A stretch of DNA of 64,000 nucleotides from a virus. The notes beneath the pieces are model-generated. The model made no database searches. It was not told where the DNA came from and saw nothing but the letters and a program-made list of their open reading frames with translations. How positions within the stretch are numbered: the stretch's first letter is position 1; the number at the start of each line of letters is the position of its first letter. The stretch spans positions 65,881-129,880 of the IMG/VR virus record IMGVR_UViG_3300012984_000012; one strand, written 5' to 3'. This document shows positions 8,022 to 18,183 of this stretch, in pieces. A program made the translations under genes and the position numbers.

Positions 8022-10040
8022 GTGTTCGATTTCAACAGCAACGTTTTTGGCGGGAAACCCGCCTTGCAGATTCCAGCCTCTGCGAAGGTCGTTTTCGTTT
8101 CTGACATGTTTGCAGATGAGTATGCTGGAGGAGCTGAGCTCACGAGCCAAGCTCTCATCGATTCCAGCCCGTTTGAGGTCTTCAAGCTGCACTCTAGGGA
8201 CGTCAGCCTTTCCCTGTTGCAGCAAGGCGTCGACAAGTTCTGGATCTTTGGCAACTTCACTCAGATGAACGCTCAGCTAATCCCCAGCATCGTCGGCAAC
8301 GTTCGATACTCGATCCTAGAGTACGACTACAAGTACTGCAAGGCTCGATCACCTGAGAAACACTTCGACCTTGAACATACTGCATGTGACTGTCACAACC
8401 AGATGAACGGAAAGATCATTTCCGCGTTCTTCTACGGTTCGATGCACATCTGGTGGATGTCAGAGAAGCAACGTGACAGATACATCACGTTGTTCCCATT
8501 TTTGGCCGAACGTGACAACACCGTGTTGTCCAGCGTCTTCGATGACACAACGCTAGCGTTCATCAAATCGCTTCGAAGCAAGCAATCAGACCAAGAGCGA
8601 AAGGGGTGGATCGTCTTAGGCAGCAACTCTTGGATCAAAGGCGCTGATGCTGCGAAACATTGGTGTGACGAGAACGGCAAGGAGTGTGAGGTCGTCTGGA
8701 ACGTCCCGTACAACCAGCTGCTCGAGAAGCTCTCGAAAGCAGAGGGTTTTGTTTACCTGCCTCTCGGTGGCGACACCTGTCCGCGAATGGTCATCGAGGC
8801 TAAGCTGCTCGGGTGCAAGCTACACCTCAACGATTTTGTCCAACACAAGAACGAGGAATGGTTCACCACGGATAATCCCCAGGAGATCGAAGAGTACTTG
8901 TACACGGCTCGCAAGACTTTCTGGTCTGGCATCACTGCTGCAATGAATTACAAGGCGACGATCAGCGGTTACACGACGACGTTCAACTGCGTCAAGCAAC
9001 AGTACCCGTTCGAACAGTGCATCCAATCGATGCTGCAGTTCTGTGATGAGGTTTGTGTCGTCGATGGCGGTTCGAGCGATGAAACGTTACACAGGCTCGC
9101 TGCGTTAGCGTACCCTAGTCTCTCGTTTGCTCAAAAGGTAGACTTTGAAGTGTTGTCTCCTTCATGGGCATCGCTCGGAAACTATGAATTTCCTGATGAG
9201 CACCAAGGAATCAAAAAGGACCCTAGGATCAGGGTCAAAGTTGTTCTACGCGACTGGAACCATCCAAGGTTCGCGGTTTTTGACGGGCAACAGAAAGCTG
9301 AGGCTCGTGCCATGTGTACGAAGGATTTCTGTTGGCAGATGGATTCCGATGAGGTCGTCCATGAAGATGACGCTGTTCGCATCCCAGAACTCTGTCGCTC
9401 GATGCCACAAGGTGCCGACGTCCTATCGTTGCCTGTCATCGAGTTCTGGGGTGGTCCCGACAAGGTCCGGCTTGACACCCAACCATGGAAATGGAGGTTG
9501 AGTCGTAACAAGCCGAACATCACACATGGCATTCCTGGCGAGCTTCGTCGGACAGACGAAAACGGCGACCTTTATGCTACCGAAGGCACCGACGGTTGTG
9601 ACATGATCGACAGGGAGACCCTCGAGAGGTTGCCTCACATCTCTTTTTACACCCAGGACGTCGAGAACGCCCGTCGAGTGGCGATGTTGGGTAACCCGCA
9701 GGCGAAGAAAGAGTACGAACAGTGGTTCAACGCCGTCGCGAACGGCCTACCGGGAGTGTTTCACTACAGTTGGTATGACCTTCCTCGTAAGATCAGATTG
9801 TACCGAGACTACTGGACGAAGCACTGGAACTCGCTTTACGGCAAGAGTCTTGAAGACACTGCTGAGAACAACATGATGTTTGACGTGCCTTGGTCGCAGG
9901 TCACAGAAGAGATGATCGAAGAACGTGCCAAGCTGATGAAGGCCAAGCTGGGCGGATGGATCTGGCATCGCAAGTGGGACGGAGTCACCACGACCGATCA
10001 CGTCACTGTCGCCAAGACGCAACCGAAGATCATGCTATGA
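8022..10040 (+). CDS. Two-domain glycosyltransferase (GT-B/GT4-like plus GT2/GT-A)
   Basis: N-half DTCPRMVIEAKLLGC (GT4-type E motif); C-half VCVVDGGSSDET and WQMDSDE (GT2 DxD). Confidence 0.85.
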   Translation: MFDFNSNVFGGKPALQIPASAKVVFVSDMFADEYAGGAELTSQALIDSSPFEVFKLHSRDVSLSLLQQGVDKFWIFGNFTQMNAQLIPSIVGNVRYSILEYDYKYCKARSPEKHFDLEHTACDCHNQMNGKIISAFFYGSMHIWWMSEKQRDRYITLFPFLAERDNTVLSSVFDDTTLAFIKSLRSKQSDQERKGWIVLGSNSWIKGADAAKHWCDENGKECEVVWNVPYNQLLEKLSKAEGFVYLPLGGDTCPRMVIEAKLLGCKLHLNDFVQHKNEEWFTTDNPQEIEEYLYTARKTFWSGITAAMNYKATISGYTTTFNCVKQQYPFEQCIQSMLQFCDEVCVVDGGSSDETLHRLAALAYPSLSFAQKVDFEVLSPSWASLGNYEFPDEHQGIKKDPRIRVKVVLRDWNHPRFAVFDGQQKAEARAMCTKDFCWQMDSDEVVHEDDAVRIPELCRSMPQGADVLSLPVIEFWGGPDKVRLDTQPWKWRLSRNKPNITHGIPGELRRTDENGDLYATEGTDGCDMIDRETLERLPHISFYTQDVENARRVAMLGNPQAKKEYEQWFNAVANGLPGVFHYSWYDLPRKIRLYRDYWTKHWNSLYGKSLEDTAENNMMFDVPWSQVTEEMIEERAKLMKAKLGGWIWHRKWDGVTTTDHVTVAKTQPKIML

Positions 10041-10264
10041 GTCGTATCAAGCTGGTCAGTGACCTGTTGTCAGACGGCGTGACTCGCACTGCCTCTGATG
10101 TCTTTTATGCGTTATACTCTGAGTTTCAAGGAAGGTCATCAAAGATGACGCTCGCGTCGCTGTCTGGCACTCTCAAGCAGATGACAGACTGTGGTTACGT
10201 TGAAAGAGTTGAGAACTTTGGCCCTCGCGGAGGTTATGGTTACTATCGCACGAGGAACACATGA
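10037..10264 (+). CDS. Small winged-helix-like protein
   Basis: MSRIKLVSDLLSDG...SLSGTLKQMTDCGYVERVENFGPRGGYGY; ATGA overlaps at both ends. Confidence 0.55.
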   Translation: MSRIKLVSDLLSDGVTRTASDVFYALYSEFQGRSSKMTLASLSGTLKQMTDCGYVERVENFGPRGGYGYYRTRNT

Positions 10265-10989
10265 AGCAAGTTCACATCAAACAAAAGCTCGAGGAAATGG
10301 GCGTCGCCGTTGACGGCATCGTCATGGGTGATTTCGATCAGATCGGTGAGTTCACTGCCAAGCGTGACCGAAAACCTGACGATCCGAACTACAAGAAGTA
10401 CGGCGCCTTCTACCGAGCCAACTACGAGCGCGGCATCCTGATTTACCACCTCATCCGCCAGTACAACCTGACCTCGATGCTTGAGATCGGGTTTGGTCGT
10501 GGATATGCTACGTTTTGTGCAGCTCGAGCGTTTCACGATGCCGGCGTGGTTGGCAAGATCGTCACCATCGACCCATCGCTAGACGAGAATTACATCAGGG
10601 CGTTACAGAGCGTGTTACCTAACGACTGGTTCACGTACGTCACCTTCATGAAAGGTCGCTCACAAGAGGTCTTGCAAAAGGTCGAAGGTCAGTTCGATCT
10701 CGTGTACATCGACGGCGACCATTCTTACGCTGCCACAAAGGCTGACTGGGAACTCACCAAAGACAAGTACAACAAGTTCCTCCTGTTTGACGACTATCAC
10801 CTTCCCTCGAAAGAGGATAAGGGAACGATCCAGTGCAGCGTCGCCATCGACGAAGTCGATGACCCAAGCAAGGAACTGATCATCATGGATCGACGATTGT
10901 TTCTCGATGATCGTCAGTTCACTGACGACAAGATCAATTACGGTCAGGTCCTGCTCTCAAAACCAGGTGTCGAACGTGACGACTGGTGA
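10261..10989 (+). CDS. Class I SAM-dependent methyltransferase (Methyltransf_24-like)
   Basis: LEIGFGRG motif I; FDLVYIDGDHSY; FDDY. Confidence 0.88.
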   Translation: MKQVHIKQKLEEMGVAVDGIVMGDFDQIGEFTAKRDRKPDDPNYKKYGAFYRANYERGILIYHLIRQYNLTSMLEIGFGRGYATFCAARAFHDAGVVGKIVTIDPSLDENYIRALQSVLPNDWFTYVTFMKGRSQEVLQKVEGQFDLVYIDGDHSYAATKADWELTKDKYNKFLLFDDYHLPSKEDKGTIQCSVAIDEVDDPSKELIIMDRRLFLDDRQFTDDKINYGQVLLSKPGVERDDW

Positions 10990-11362
10990 ACCAGAGAATC
11001 GAGCGTGCTTTCGACCGCCTGTCGGTTGGTACTGCACGCGAAAACCTGATCACGAGGGTCCCTGTGCTGCGCATCCTGATCCACGAGTGACCGCAGCAAA
11101 GGACGTGTGCATCAGTTGTGAAACATACACGGAATACACGAACGTGTTTGGGCTTTACAAGGAACAGCTCGAAGCGATAAAAACCTGGCAAAAGAGTCAC
11201 GACGTCGAAAAACACATGGAACCAGGTCAGACACGTAGGTACTCTGGAGCGATAGGTGGAGCATACACGTATGAGTTCACCAGAACCAGCATAGGAACGT
11301 GTGTACACGTCCGTTGTGTTTGTGGAGAAGGCATTGATGTCTCAGACTACGACAACTGGTGA
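10976..11362 (+). CDS. Hypothetical Cys/His-rich protein
   Basis: Probable GTG start 10976; C..WYC..H.GPC, CISC, GAIGGAYTYEF..TSIG..V.VRCVCG. Confidence 0.6.
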   Translation: MTTGEPENRACFRPPVGWYCTRKPDHEGPCAAHPDPRVTAAKDVCISCETYTEYTNVFGLYKEQLEAIKTWQKSHDVEKHMEPGQTRRYSGAIGGAYTYEFTRTSIGTCVHVRCVCGEGIDVSDYDNW

Positions 11363-11513
11363 CCAAAAAGTCACAGTCGAAACAAAACAAGAACCCATCT
11401 CATCGATCTGCGACGCTTGGTTTCTTAAAAACGGTGACTTACATCTGTTAGTCAAGTGCTCAGATGGTGCCGTCCGTTCTGCCATACTCACGCTCAAGAT
11501 GGGAACGCCATGA
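11337..11513 (+). CDS. Small hypothetical protein
   Basis: ATG 11337 with GGAG upstream; ATGA overlap into next GT. Confidence 0.45.
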   Translation: MSQTTTTGDQKVTVETKQEPISSICDAWFLKNGDLHLLVKCSDGAVRSAILTLKMGTP

Positions 11514-12265
11514 ATAACCGATTCGTGTTTGTCGCGCCCATGTTCAACGCCTCGGCCTACGTGGGCCAGATGTTGGCGTCAATCGTGGGCCAGTCATACG
11601 ATGACTGGCGAGTCATTCTGATCGATGATGTCTCATCACCAGAGGAACAGATTACGAGCAACAGGATCATCTTCACGTATCAGGAGCTGCTCGGTCGCAT
11701 GGGAAAGGATCCCTCTCGGCTGCAGGTCATCTGGAACGGTGACAACCCAGAGCGTGGAAAGCAATGGGAGGTCTCGAACGTCCTTCATGGCATCAAGATG
11801 TGTGATGACAACGACGTCGTCTGTCGCATCGATGCGGACGATTGGTTGACTGACCTAGACTGTCTCAGCTTTCTCAATCACGTTTACAATCAAACAGGGG
11901 CTGAGGCCCTGTGGACGGCTCACCGTTGGGCATTCACTGACAAGAACATCAGCGGTCCAATACCTTATGGCGCTGACGTGTACACCTACCCGTGGGTCTC
12001 TAGTCACCTCAAGACGTTTCGCAAGAGGCTCATCAACAACGTTAACGACGAGAATTTCAGGGGTGAGGATGGTAACTACGTCCGCCGCGCGGGCGACCAA
12101 GCCGTGTACTTGCCCGTCCTTCACAACACACAAAAGCGGGGATACGTGCCACGATGCATGTACCACTACACCATCAAAGACGAACCTGCAACGTACCAGA
12201 CGCCCGACGCAATCTTCCAGCGCGATGAGGCACTCTTCTTACGTGCGAGAGGTTACGTCAAATAG
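11510..12265 (+). CDS. Glycosyltransferase family 2
   Basis: FVAPMFNA, ILIDDVSS, RIDADDWL, AGDQ. Confidence 0.88.
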   Translation: MNNRFVFVAPMFNASAYVGQMLASIVGQSYDDWRVILIDDVSSPEEQITSNRIIFTYQELLGRMGKDPSRLQVIWNGDNPERGKQWEVSNVLHGIKMCDDNDVVCRIDADDWLTDLDCLSFLNHVYNQTGAEALWTAHRWAFTDKNISGPIPYGADVYTYPWVSSHLKTFRKRLINNVNDENFRGEDGNYVRRAGDQAVYLPVLHNTQKRGYVPRCMYHYTIKDEPATYQTPDAIFQRDEALFLRARGYVK

Positions 12266-12274
12266 CGAGGAACC

Positions 12275-12544
12275 ATGAAAAAATCTGCACGAATTACACA
12301 AACACAAGTCTTCTTGACGAAGAGCGGCCAACTGCAACTGAGCGTTCTCCTGAACCAAGGCGTTGACTATGTCATCAAGGAAGGCGCTGTCACGTTCAAG
12401 TTTGCCTTGAGCAAGGACGATCAGATCAACATCAATACGTTCAAGAATGAGCGGATGGTGCAACACTTGATCCGTCTCGGTCGTTTCTACAAACCAAACG
12501 AAGAGATCAAATATGAAACGCTTCTATCTTCAAAGAAACACTGA
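12275..12544 (+). CDS. Hypothetical protein
   Basis: 89 aa, SD GAGGA. Confidence 0.55.
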   Translation: MKKSARITQTQVFLTKSGQLQLSVLLNQGVDYVIKEGAVTFKFALSKDDQININTFKNERMVQHLIRLGRFYKPNEEIKYETLLSSKKH

Positions 12545-12812
12545 CGCTTCTGGCGTTTCAGGTTGCGGCAAGGTCGCCGAAGGGTGTCAGTTCGACACCG
12601 GGTGGTGCGCGCTCGTCTGGCTCACCGGGAAGGCAGCGATGAGCTACTATCCTGACATCGAGACGCTCGACAACATCCATGGTCACCAGGGAATGACACA
12701 GATCGTGTGGATCGATGACGAATCATCGAACTTCGTTGTCAAGACGGTCACAGAATCGTCCGAAAAGACGCCAGCAAAAACCCAGCGCACGAAGTGTTTT
12801 CCCGGTCATTGA
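12513..12812 (+). CDS. Hypothetical phage protein
   Basis: RFYLQRNTDASGVSGCGKVAEGCQFDTG...IHGHQG pattern, recalled from small phage proteins. Confidence 0.65.
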   Translation: MKRFYLQRNTDASGVSGCGKVAEGCQFDTGWCALVWLTGKAAMSYYPDIETLDNIHGHQGMTQIVWIDDESSNFVVKTVTESSEKTPAKTQRTKCFPGH

Positions 12813-12829
12813 TGTGGTAACATGCTAGC

Positions 12830-13753
12830 ATGAAGCTCTACATCAATCGTTCGCAGATCCACGGGCCTTGGGGTGGAGGCGCCCACTTCATCAACGCTTT
12901 CCATCATTTCGTTCCGGAACTGGGTCACGAATTGGTCTCGTCAGAGTCAATGAAGGACGTGCCAGCAGCGATCCTGCTCGCTGGCCTGGACGCTGACAAC
13001 GACGGTGGAATCTCTGTCGAACAAGCAGTGATGTACAAGCTGTACCAGCCCGACGTCAAGCTGGTGTTGCGCGTCAACGAAAACGATGCTCGTAAGGGAA
13101 CTCGACACGTTGACAACTTCCTGTTGAAACTCGCTCCTCACATTGACGTGACCGTCTTCGTTTCTGAGTGGTTGCGCGATTACTTCATGGAGAAGGGATG
13201 GTCGTGCCCGACGAACGCTGTCATCGTCAACGGCGTCAGGAAGGACGTCTTCCAACCACAACCTAAGCTCGACAACGGAAAGCTCAACATCGTTGCCCAT
13301 CACTGGTCGAACAACGAGTTGAAAGGGTTCGATATCTACGAAAAGATCGACGCGCTCGTCGGAAAACACTCGGACCAGCTAGCCTTCACGTACATCGGTC
13401 GCGAGCGACAGACGTTCAAGAACACCAAGGTCATCAGACCCCTGGCGGGCAAGTCATTGGGCGAAGAGCTGGGAAAGCATGACGTGTACGTGTCAGCGAG
13501 CCGGTTCGATCCGGGTCCCAACCACGTCATTGAAGCCATCGCGTGTGGGCTGCCCACGTACGTCCATGCAGACGGGGGTGGTTGCGTTGAGTTTGCTGGC
13601 TCGGATCACGTGTACCAAGACTGGGACGAGTTGGAGCTATTGCTCCTTTCCGGGTTCGTTACCTCTAACGGAACGCAATTTCCCGAGTGGAAGGCATGCA
13701 TCGAGGAGTATATTCGTCTCCTAGAAGCATCATGCCAGAGAGAAAACAAGTAA
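12830..13753 (+). CDS. Glycosyltransferase family 4 (GT-B)
   Basis: PWGGG, FVSEW, IVNGV, KGFD, SRFDPGPNHVIEAIACGLP; preceded by GTGTTT-N18-TAACAT 6 nt before ATG. Confidence 0.88.
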   Translation: MKLYINRSQIHGPWGGGAHFINAFHHFVPELGHELVSSESMKDVPAAILLAGLDADNDGGISVEQAVMYKLYQPDVKLVLRVNENDARKGTRHVDNFLLKLAPHIDVTVFVSEWLRDYFMEKGWSCPTNAVIVNGVRKDVFQPQPKLDNGKLNIVAHHWSNNELKGFDIYEKIDALVGKHSDQLAFTYIGRERQTFKNTKVIRPLAGKSLGEELGKHDVYVSASRFDPGPNHVIEAIACGLPTYVHADGGGCVEFAGSDHVYQDWDELELLLLSGFVTSNGTQFPEWKACIEEYIRLLEASCQRENK

Positions 13754-14115
13754 GGTTCTACGCTCTCCTAGAAGAGAGCCTCAACAAGTCAATCGGCAAG
13801 TTCTGCAATGAAGCCCTGACCCCGGGCCTCATGCGTCAGATCCGTGAGGAGATCAAGGGTCAGATCACGAGGCTCTTCGAGGCGAGCAGTCACAAGCTGT
13901 CGTTTAACGCTCAGACCTGGCTGACTGACCAGTACTTCAAGAACATCAAGGTCAATGACGATCAATCAATGTCTGATCTTGTCGTCATCAATGAGTACAC
14001 CCTTACTGAGCTGGAGTTTGATGATATCAAGCTGCTCCATGACCTTTTCTTGGACACGAAGATGGGACCGGGCTTGGTCACAGAGCTCAAGCGAAGGAAC
14101 TCATTGTTGTCATGA
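13732..14115 (+). CDS. Hypothetical protein, paralog of next gene
   Basis: Start MPERKQ at 13732; aligns end to end by eye with 14112-14474. Confidence 0.65.
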   Translation: MPERKQVRFYALLEESLNKSIGKFCNEALTPGLMRQIREEIKGQITRLFEASSHKLSFNAQTWLTDQYFKNIKVNDDQSMSDLVVINEYTLTELEFDDIKLLHDLFLDTKMGPGLVTELKRRNSLLS

Positions 14116-14474
14116 AAGTCTCAAACTTCAACGAAACGATCACAAAACTGCTGTCTGAACGTCTGAAAAAGTACAAGGACAAGAACCTTGATCTGGTTGT
14201 TTGTGTCGAGATCTATCAAACGGTCTTCGATAGTCTTGTCGAGATCTTTGAGACGGCGAAGACCGGCCTGACCAACGAGGCCATGAACTACCTAGCCCAG
14301 CAGTACTACGATGCGATCCTCATCAATGGAAAAGAGGAGCTCGATCCCAACATTTTCACCCAACGTGCCAAGATGGAGCTCATTGAGACGAAGGAGCTCG
14401 CCTTGCTCGCCGTGATGCTGTCCGGCACTGACTTCGCGATACCGCTGATCCAAGAAGTGAAAAAGCGTGGCTGA
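14112..14474 (+). CDS. Hypothetical protein, paralog of previous gene
   Basis: Shared pattern FE.....L+..A..+L..QY+..I.+N ... LL ... T ... L+.E+K+R. Confidence 0.7.
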   Translation: MKVSNFNETITKLLSERLKKYKDKNLDLVVCVEIYQTVFDSLVEIFETAKTGLTNEAMNYLAQQYYDAILINGKEELDPNIFTQRAKMELIETKELALLAVMLSGTDFAIPLIQEVKKRG

Positions 14475-15427
14475 TGATCGTACAGTTTGACAACGTCGAC
14501 CTAGGATCCCGTTCAGGGCCCAACACGTTCGCCTCTCGGCTCGCTCGTGGCCTGATCGAACAAGGACATCAGGTCACTAGCGACGCAACGAGTGCTGACG
14601 TGTCGTTGGTCTTCATCGAGCCCTCGGGTCGACCTTTGACGAAAAGGGTCGTCCAACGGCTAGATGGAATTTGGTTTCGCCCCCAGGATTTTCACACCAA
14701 GAACGCGAGAATCAAGGCAACATATGATTCAGCGTCTGCTGTCGTGTTCCAGTCTCGTTTCGACATGGCGATGGTCGAAAGGTGGTGGGGCTCAAACGAC
14801 GAGCGTCAACGCCCGTGCGAGATCATCAGCAATGGAGTTGACCTGACCCGCGTCACTGAAGTGACGATTCCTGAGCTCGCAAAGATCAGAACGACGTATG
14901 AAAAGCTTTTCGTCTGTTCGTCAAATTGGCATCCTCAGAAACGCTTGAAGGCAAACATCAGGTTGTTCGATCACCTAAGAAAGACCCAGTTTCCCAATAG
15001 TTGTCTCTTCGTCATGGGTGCGAACCCAGACGCTATGACGACTGACCCACACGTCTTTTACACGGGATCGCAACCTCCTGAAGTCTACATGCAAGTCTTC
15101 GCTGTTGCTGACTGGATGCTACACCTAGCATGGGCCGATCACTGTCCTAATGTCGTCATCGAAGCGTTGTCGCAAGGCACTCCGATCGTGTGTACTGAAG
15201 TGGGTGGCACCAAGGAACTGATCGGTCACGGCGCGTATGGTCTAGTCCTGAAAGAAGCAGCCTACGATTACGAGCTATACGATTATGACAACCCACCCGA
15301 CATTGACGTGACGCAGGTCACGTTCCTACCCACTCGTCACGAGCTGCAGTACGATGCGATACCTAACATCGACATCAAGGTCGTCGTCGCCCACTACGTC
15401 AAGCTGTTCCAGAAGGTGATCGGATGA
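14474..15427 (+). CDS. Glycosyltransferase family 4
   Basis: SGPNTF, QRLDG, FQSRF, ISNGVD, DHCPNVVIEALSQGTPIV. Confidence 0.88.
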   Translation: MIVQFDNVDLGSRSGPNTFASRLARGLIEQGHQVTSDATSADVSLVFIEPSGRPLTKRVVQRLDGIWFRPQDFHTKNARIKATYDSASAVVFQSRFDMAMVERWWGSNDERQRPCEIISNGVDLTRVTEVTIPELAKIRTTYEKLFVCSSNWHPQKRLKANIRLFDHLRKTQFPNSCLFVMGANPDAMTTDPHVFYTGSQPPEVYMQVFAVADWMLHLAWADHCPNVVIEALSQGTPIVCTEVGGTKELIGHGAYGLVLKEAAYDYELYDYDNPPDIDVTQVTFLPTRHELQYDAIPNIDIKVVVAHYVKLFQKVIG

Positions 15428-16335
15428 ATCAGGTCTACGTGTTGCCTCCAAACGAGAGTTGGATCGTCGATCGCTTTGTCAAAGAGTGGAATGAGGACAA
15501 CGCTGACATCAGCGTACCTCACCCGTCACAGGCTGACGTGATCTGGGCCTTAGCAGACTGGTGCATCGACCGGCTTCCTCAGTCCCTTCTCGTGAAGAAG
15601 AAGGTCATAACGACAGTCCATCACATCGTACCAGAAAAATTCGGTCCTGGTGACCTAGCTAACTTCCAACAGCGCGACGCTGTCACCACGGTGTACCACG
15701 TCTATAACCGACGCACGTTCGATTTCATCAGGCCCCTGACCATCAAGCCCATTCACCTGATCCAGTACTGGGCGAACCAGAAGATCTGGCGGCCGACAGG
15801 GACACGAGATGACCTCAGGAAAAAACACGGCTTACCGTTGGACAAGTACCTCATTGGCTCCTTTCAAAGGGACACGGAAGGTTCTGGAATCCCGATGGGA
15901 ATCTTCTCACCGAAGCTAGAGAAGGGACCCGATCTCCTTGCAGACGCGATCATCTCATTCAAAGAGAAGAACGCCGACGTTGAGGTCGTCCTTGCTGGTT
16001 GGCGCCGGCAGTACATCATGCAACGACTCGATACGGCGGGGGTGAAGTATCACTACCTCGAGCTACCAGGCCAGCGCGCCATCAACGAGCTTTACCAGAC
16101 GCTGGACCTGTATCCCGTCACCGCGCGAACGGAAGGCGGCCCTCAAGCCCTGATCGAGTGTGGGCTCCTGAACGTGCCTGTCGTGTCACGCCCGGTTGGA
16201 ATTGCTGAGCAGGTACTCCCGTCAGAGGCCATCAGTGACAACGTCGTTGAAGCTACGCCCAGCGTTCCGAACGTTGAGTCGTGGAAGCTTCCAGCGGGTT
16301 ACGACCTGTACAGGAGACTGATCGCAGGACTATGA
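15424..16335 (+). CDS. Glycosyltransferase family 4
   Basis: EKGPD, RTEGGPQALIECGLLNVPVVSRPVG. Confidence 0.85.
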   Translation: MNQVYVLPPNESWIVDRFVKEWNEDNADISVPHPSQADVIWALADWCIDRLPQSLLVKKKVITTVHHIVPEKFGPGDLANFQQRDAVTTVYHVYNRRTFDFIRPLTIKPIHLIQYWANQKIWRPTGTRDDLRKKHGLPLDKYLIGSFQRDTEGSGIPMGIFSPKLEKGPDLLADAIISFKEKNADVEVVLAGWRRQYIMQRLDTAGVKYHYLELPGQRAINELYQTLDLYPVTARTEGGPQALIECGLLNVPVVSRPVGIAEQVLPSEAISDNVVEATPSVPNVESWKLPAGYDLYRRLIAGL

Positions 16336-17138
16336 CAGTCGCGTTTCTGCTGGTGTCATGCTGTCTTGAACCCTCTAGGACAAGGATCCTCGAGCGTGTC
16401 GTTGACAACCTGTGCACGCATGTCCCGAGCATCGTGCCTGCCTTGACTGTCTTTGATAACGCGTCAACGGACGCTGGCGTCGTCAGCCTGCTCAAGAACA
16501 GATTTCCGAATTTCTTTCAAGCAGATCGTAACGTGGGTTACTGGACAGCTATCAACTGGTGGGTCGAACAGCTCTCGAACGCTCCACCCAAGTACACGTA
16601 CATCATCGAGTCTGACATGATCCATCACAACTTTGAAAGGCTGTGGACGTGTGCAGAATACCTCGATGCTAACCCAGACGTCGGTTCGGTCAGATTGCAC
16701 GAGTACTCAGTCGCCCAGCGCCATCTTTACAACAAGGACGTGCCTCGTTCTGATTCTCGTCGTAACCTGTGGCAGTCTCACGTGAACAAGGTCACTGGAA
16801 AACCTGTCAAGCTCGATCACTCGTCAGGTGACATCTGGTCGACGACGTTCTTGACACAGCTGCCAGCTCTCAATCGTTATCCAGCGATGAGAGAGGTGTT
16901 CAGTGAGCTTCGAAACCTTGACCAATTCAGTGAGCTAGATTTTCAGTCTCGTTACTGGCAACGATACCAGCGAACTGGCATCTTAGACGGTGGGATCTTC
17001 AAGTGTGACCTGAACCCACCTGGGGCGAAAGAGATCACGGGTTCATGGACAAGCGAGCACGACCTGAGACGGTTAGGTTACCAGACAACGAGGCGTGCGG
17101 CCATCCTTCCGAAAGACCAGTACATCGTCAAGAGGTGA
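16332..17138 (+). CDS. Glycosyltransferase family 2-like
   Basis: VFDNASTD, NVGYWTAIN, IIESDM (DxD variant). Confidence 0.75.
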   Translation: MTVAFLLVSCCLEPSRTRILERVVDNLCTHVPSIVPALTVFDNASTDAGVVSLLKNRFPNFFQADRNVGYWTAINWWVEQLSNAPPKYTYIIESDMIHHNFERLWTCAEYLDANPDVGSVRLHEYSVAQRHLYNKDVPRSDSRRNLWQSHVNKVTGKPVKLDHSSGDIWSTTFLTQLPALNRYPAMREVFSELRNLDQFSELDFQSRYWQRYQRTGILDGGIFKCDLNPPGAKEITGSWTSEHDLRRLGYQTTRRAAILPKDQYIVKR

Positions 17139-17153
17139 GGTACATTGACGCCA

Positions 17154-18182
17154 ATGGCGCGTTATCTCATCTTCGGAGGCACTGGTTCTCTTGGCAAAAA
17201 ATTGATTGATCGGCTCTTGCCTGAAAACTCGGTAGCAGTGTACTCACGTGACGAGGCCAAGCACTGGACGATCAAGAACGACCTCGCTGATCATTCTAAC
17301 ATCAAGGATCTCGAGTTCTACGTTGGTGACATCAGAGACATCAATCGTGTCAGGGACGTGATCAGACAGGTCGATCCCACGCACATCATCATTGCCGCGG
17401 CTCTCAAACAGGTCGACACGTGTGAGCTAAGTCCTAACGAGAGCGTGTCAACGAACTTGCTTGGCACCCAAAACGTCGTCGCCGTCGTCAACGAGAGCAC
17501 GCCTCAATCGTCGCTCAAAGCAGTGCTGTTCGTCAGCACCGATAAGGCATGCTCGCCAGTCAACGTATACGGGATGTGTAAGGCAGTCTCGGAACGTATC
17601 GTGACGAGCCAGGCTCGAACAGGCGTCAAGCACGTCAGTTTCCACGCTGTTCGATATGGCAACGTTCTCGAGTCGCGAGGTAGCATCATCCCGCTGTTCA
17701 AGCACCAGGCTGAAAATGCAGAGTTCTTGACCGTGACCGATCCCAACATGACGCGCTTCGTCATGACACTCGACGACAGCGTCGATCTGATCCTGGCGAC
17801 GCTCAGCATGGGAAACAACGGGTGGACGTGGATCCCGAAGCTGCCTGCGATGAGGATCGGCGACCTTGCCGAGATTTTTTCAGAGCAGTCGGGTAAGCCC
17901 ATCAAGATCATCGGGTTGCGCCCGGGTGAGAAGTCACACGAAGACCTGATCAACGAGTCAGAATCAGTTCGGACGTGCTCTGACGGAGCAAATGAACACT
18001 ACCTGATCGCTCCTGCGTTTTTAGCTGGCGACAACAAACCTTTTACGTACACCAGCGCTGATTCTGTGATGACGAAAGATCAGCTGCTCGCGCACCTAAG
18101 CAAGCTTGGCATTCTCAACGCTCCTCTTGAGCAGTTCAAAGGCCTGGCGATCGAAGAGATCGTAACGAAACGTAAGAAATAA
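17154..18182 (+). CDS. UDP-GlcNAc 4,6-dehydratase (PseB/FlaA1/CapD family)
   Basis: GGTGSLG, SRDEAK, GDIRD, AAALKQV, STDKA.SP.NVYGMCK, RYGNVLESRGS, MTRF, GLRPGEK. Confidence 0.92.
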   Translation: MARYLIFGGTGSLGKKLIDRLLPENSVAVYSRDEAKHWTIKNDLADHSNIKDLEFYVGDIRDINRVRDVIRQVDPTHIIIAAALKQVDTCELSPNESVSTNLLGTQNVVAVVNESTPQSSLKAVLFVSTDKACSPVNVYGMCKAVSERIVTSQARTGVKHVSFHAVRYGNVLESRGSIIPLFKHQAENAEFLTVTDPNMTRFVMTLDDSVDLILATLSMGNNGWTWIPKLPAMRIGDLAEIFSEQSGKPIKIIGLRPGEKSHEDLINESESVRTCSDGANEHYLIAPAFLAGDNKPFTYTSADSVMTKDQLLAHLSKLGILNAPLEQFKGLAIEEIVTKRKK

Positions 18183-18183
18183 C

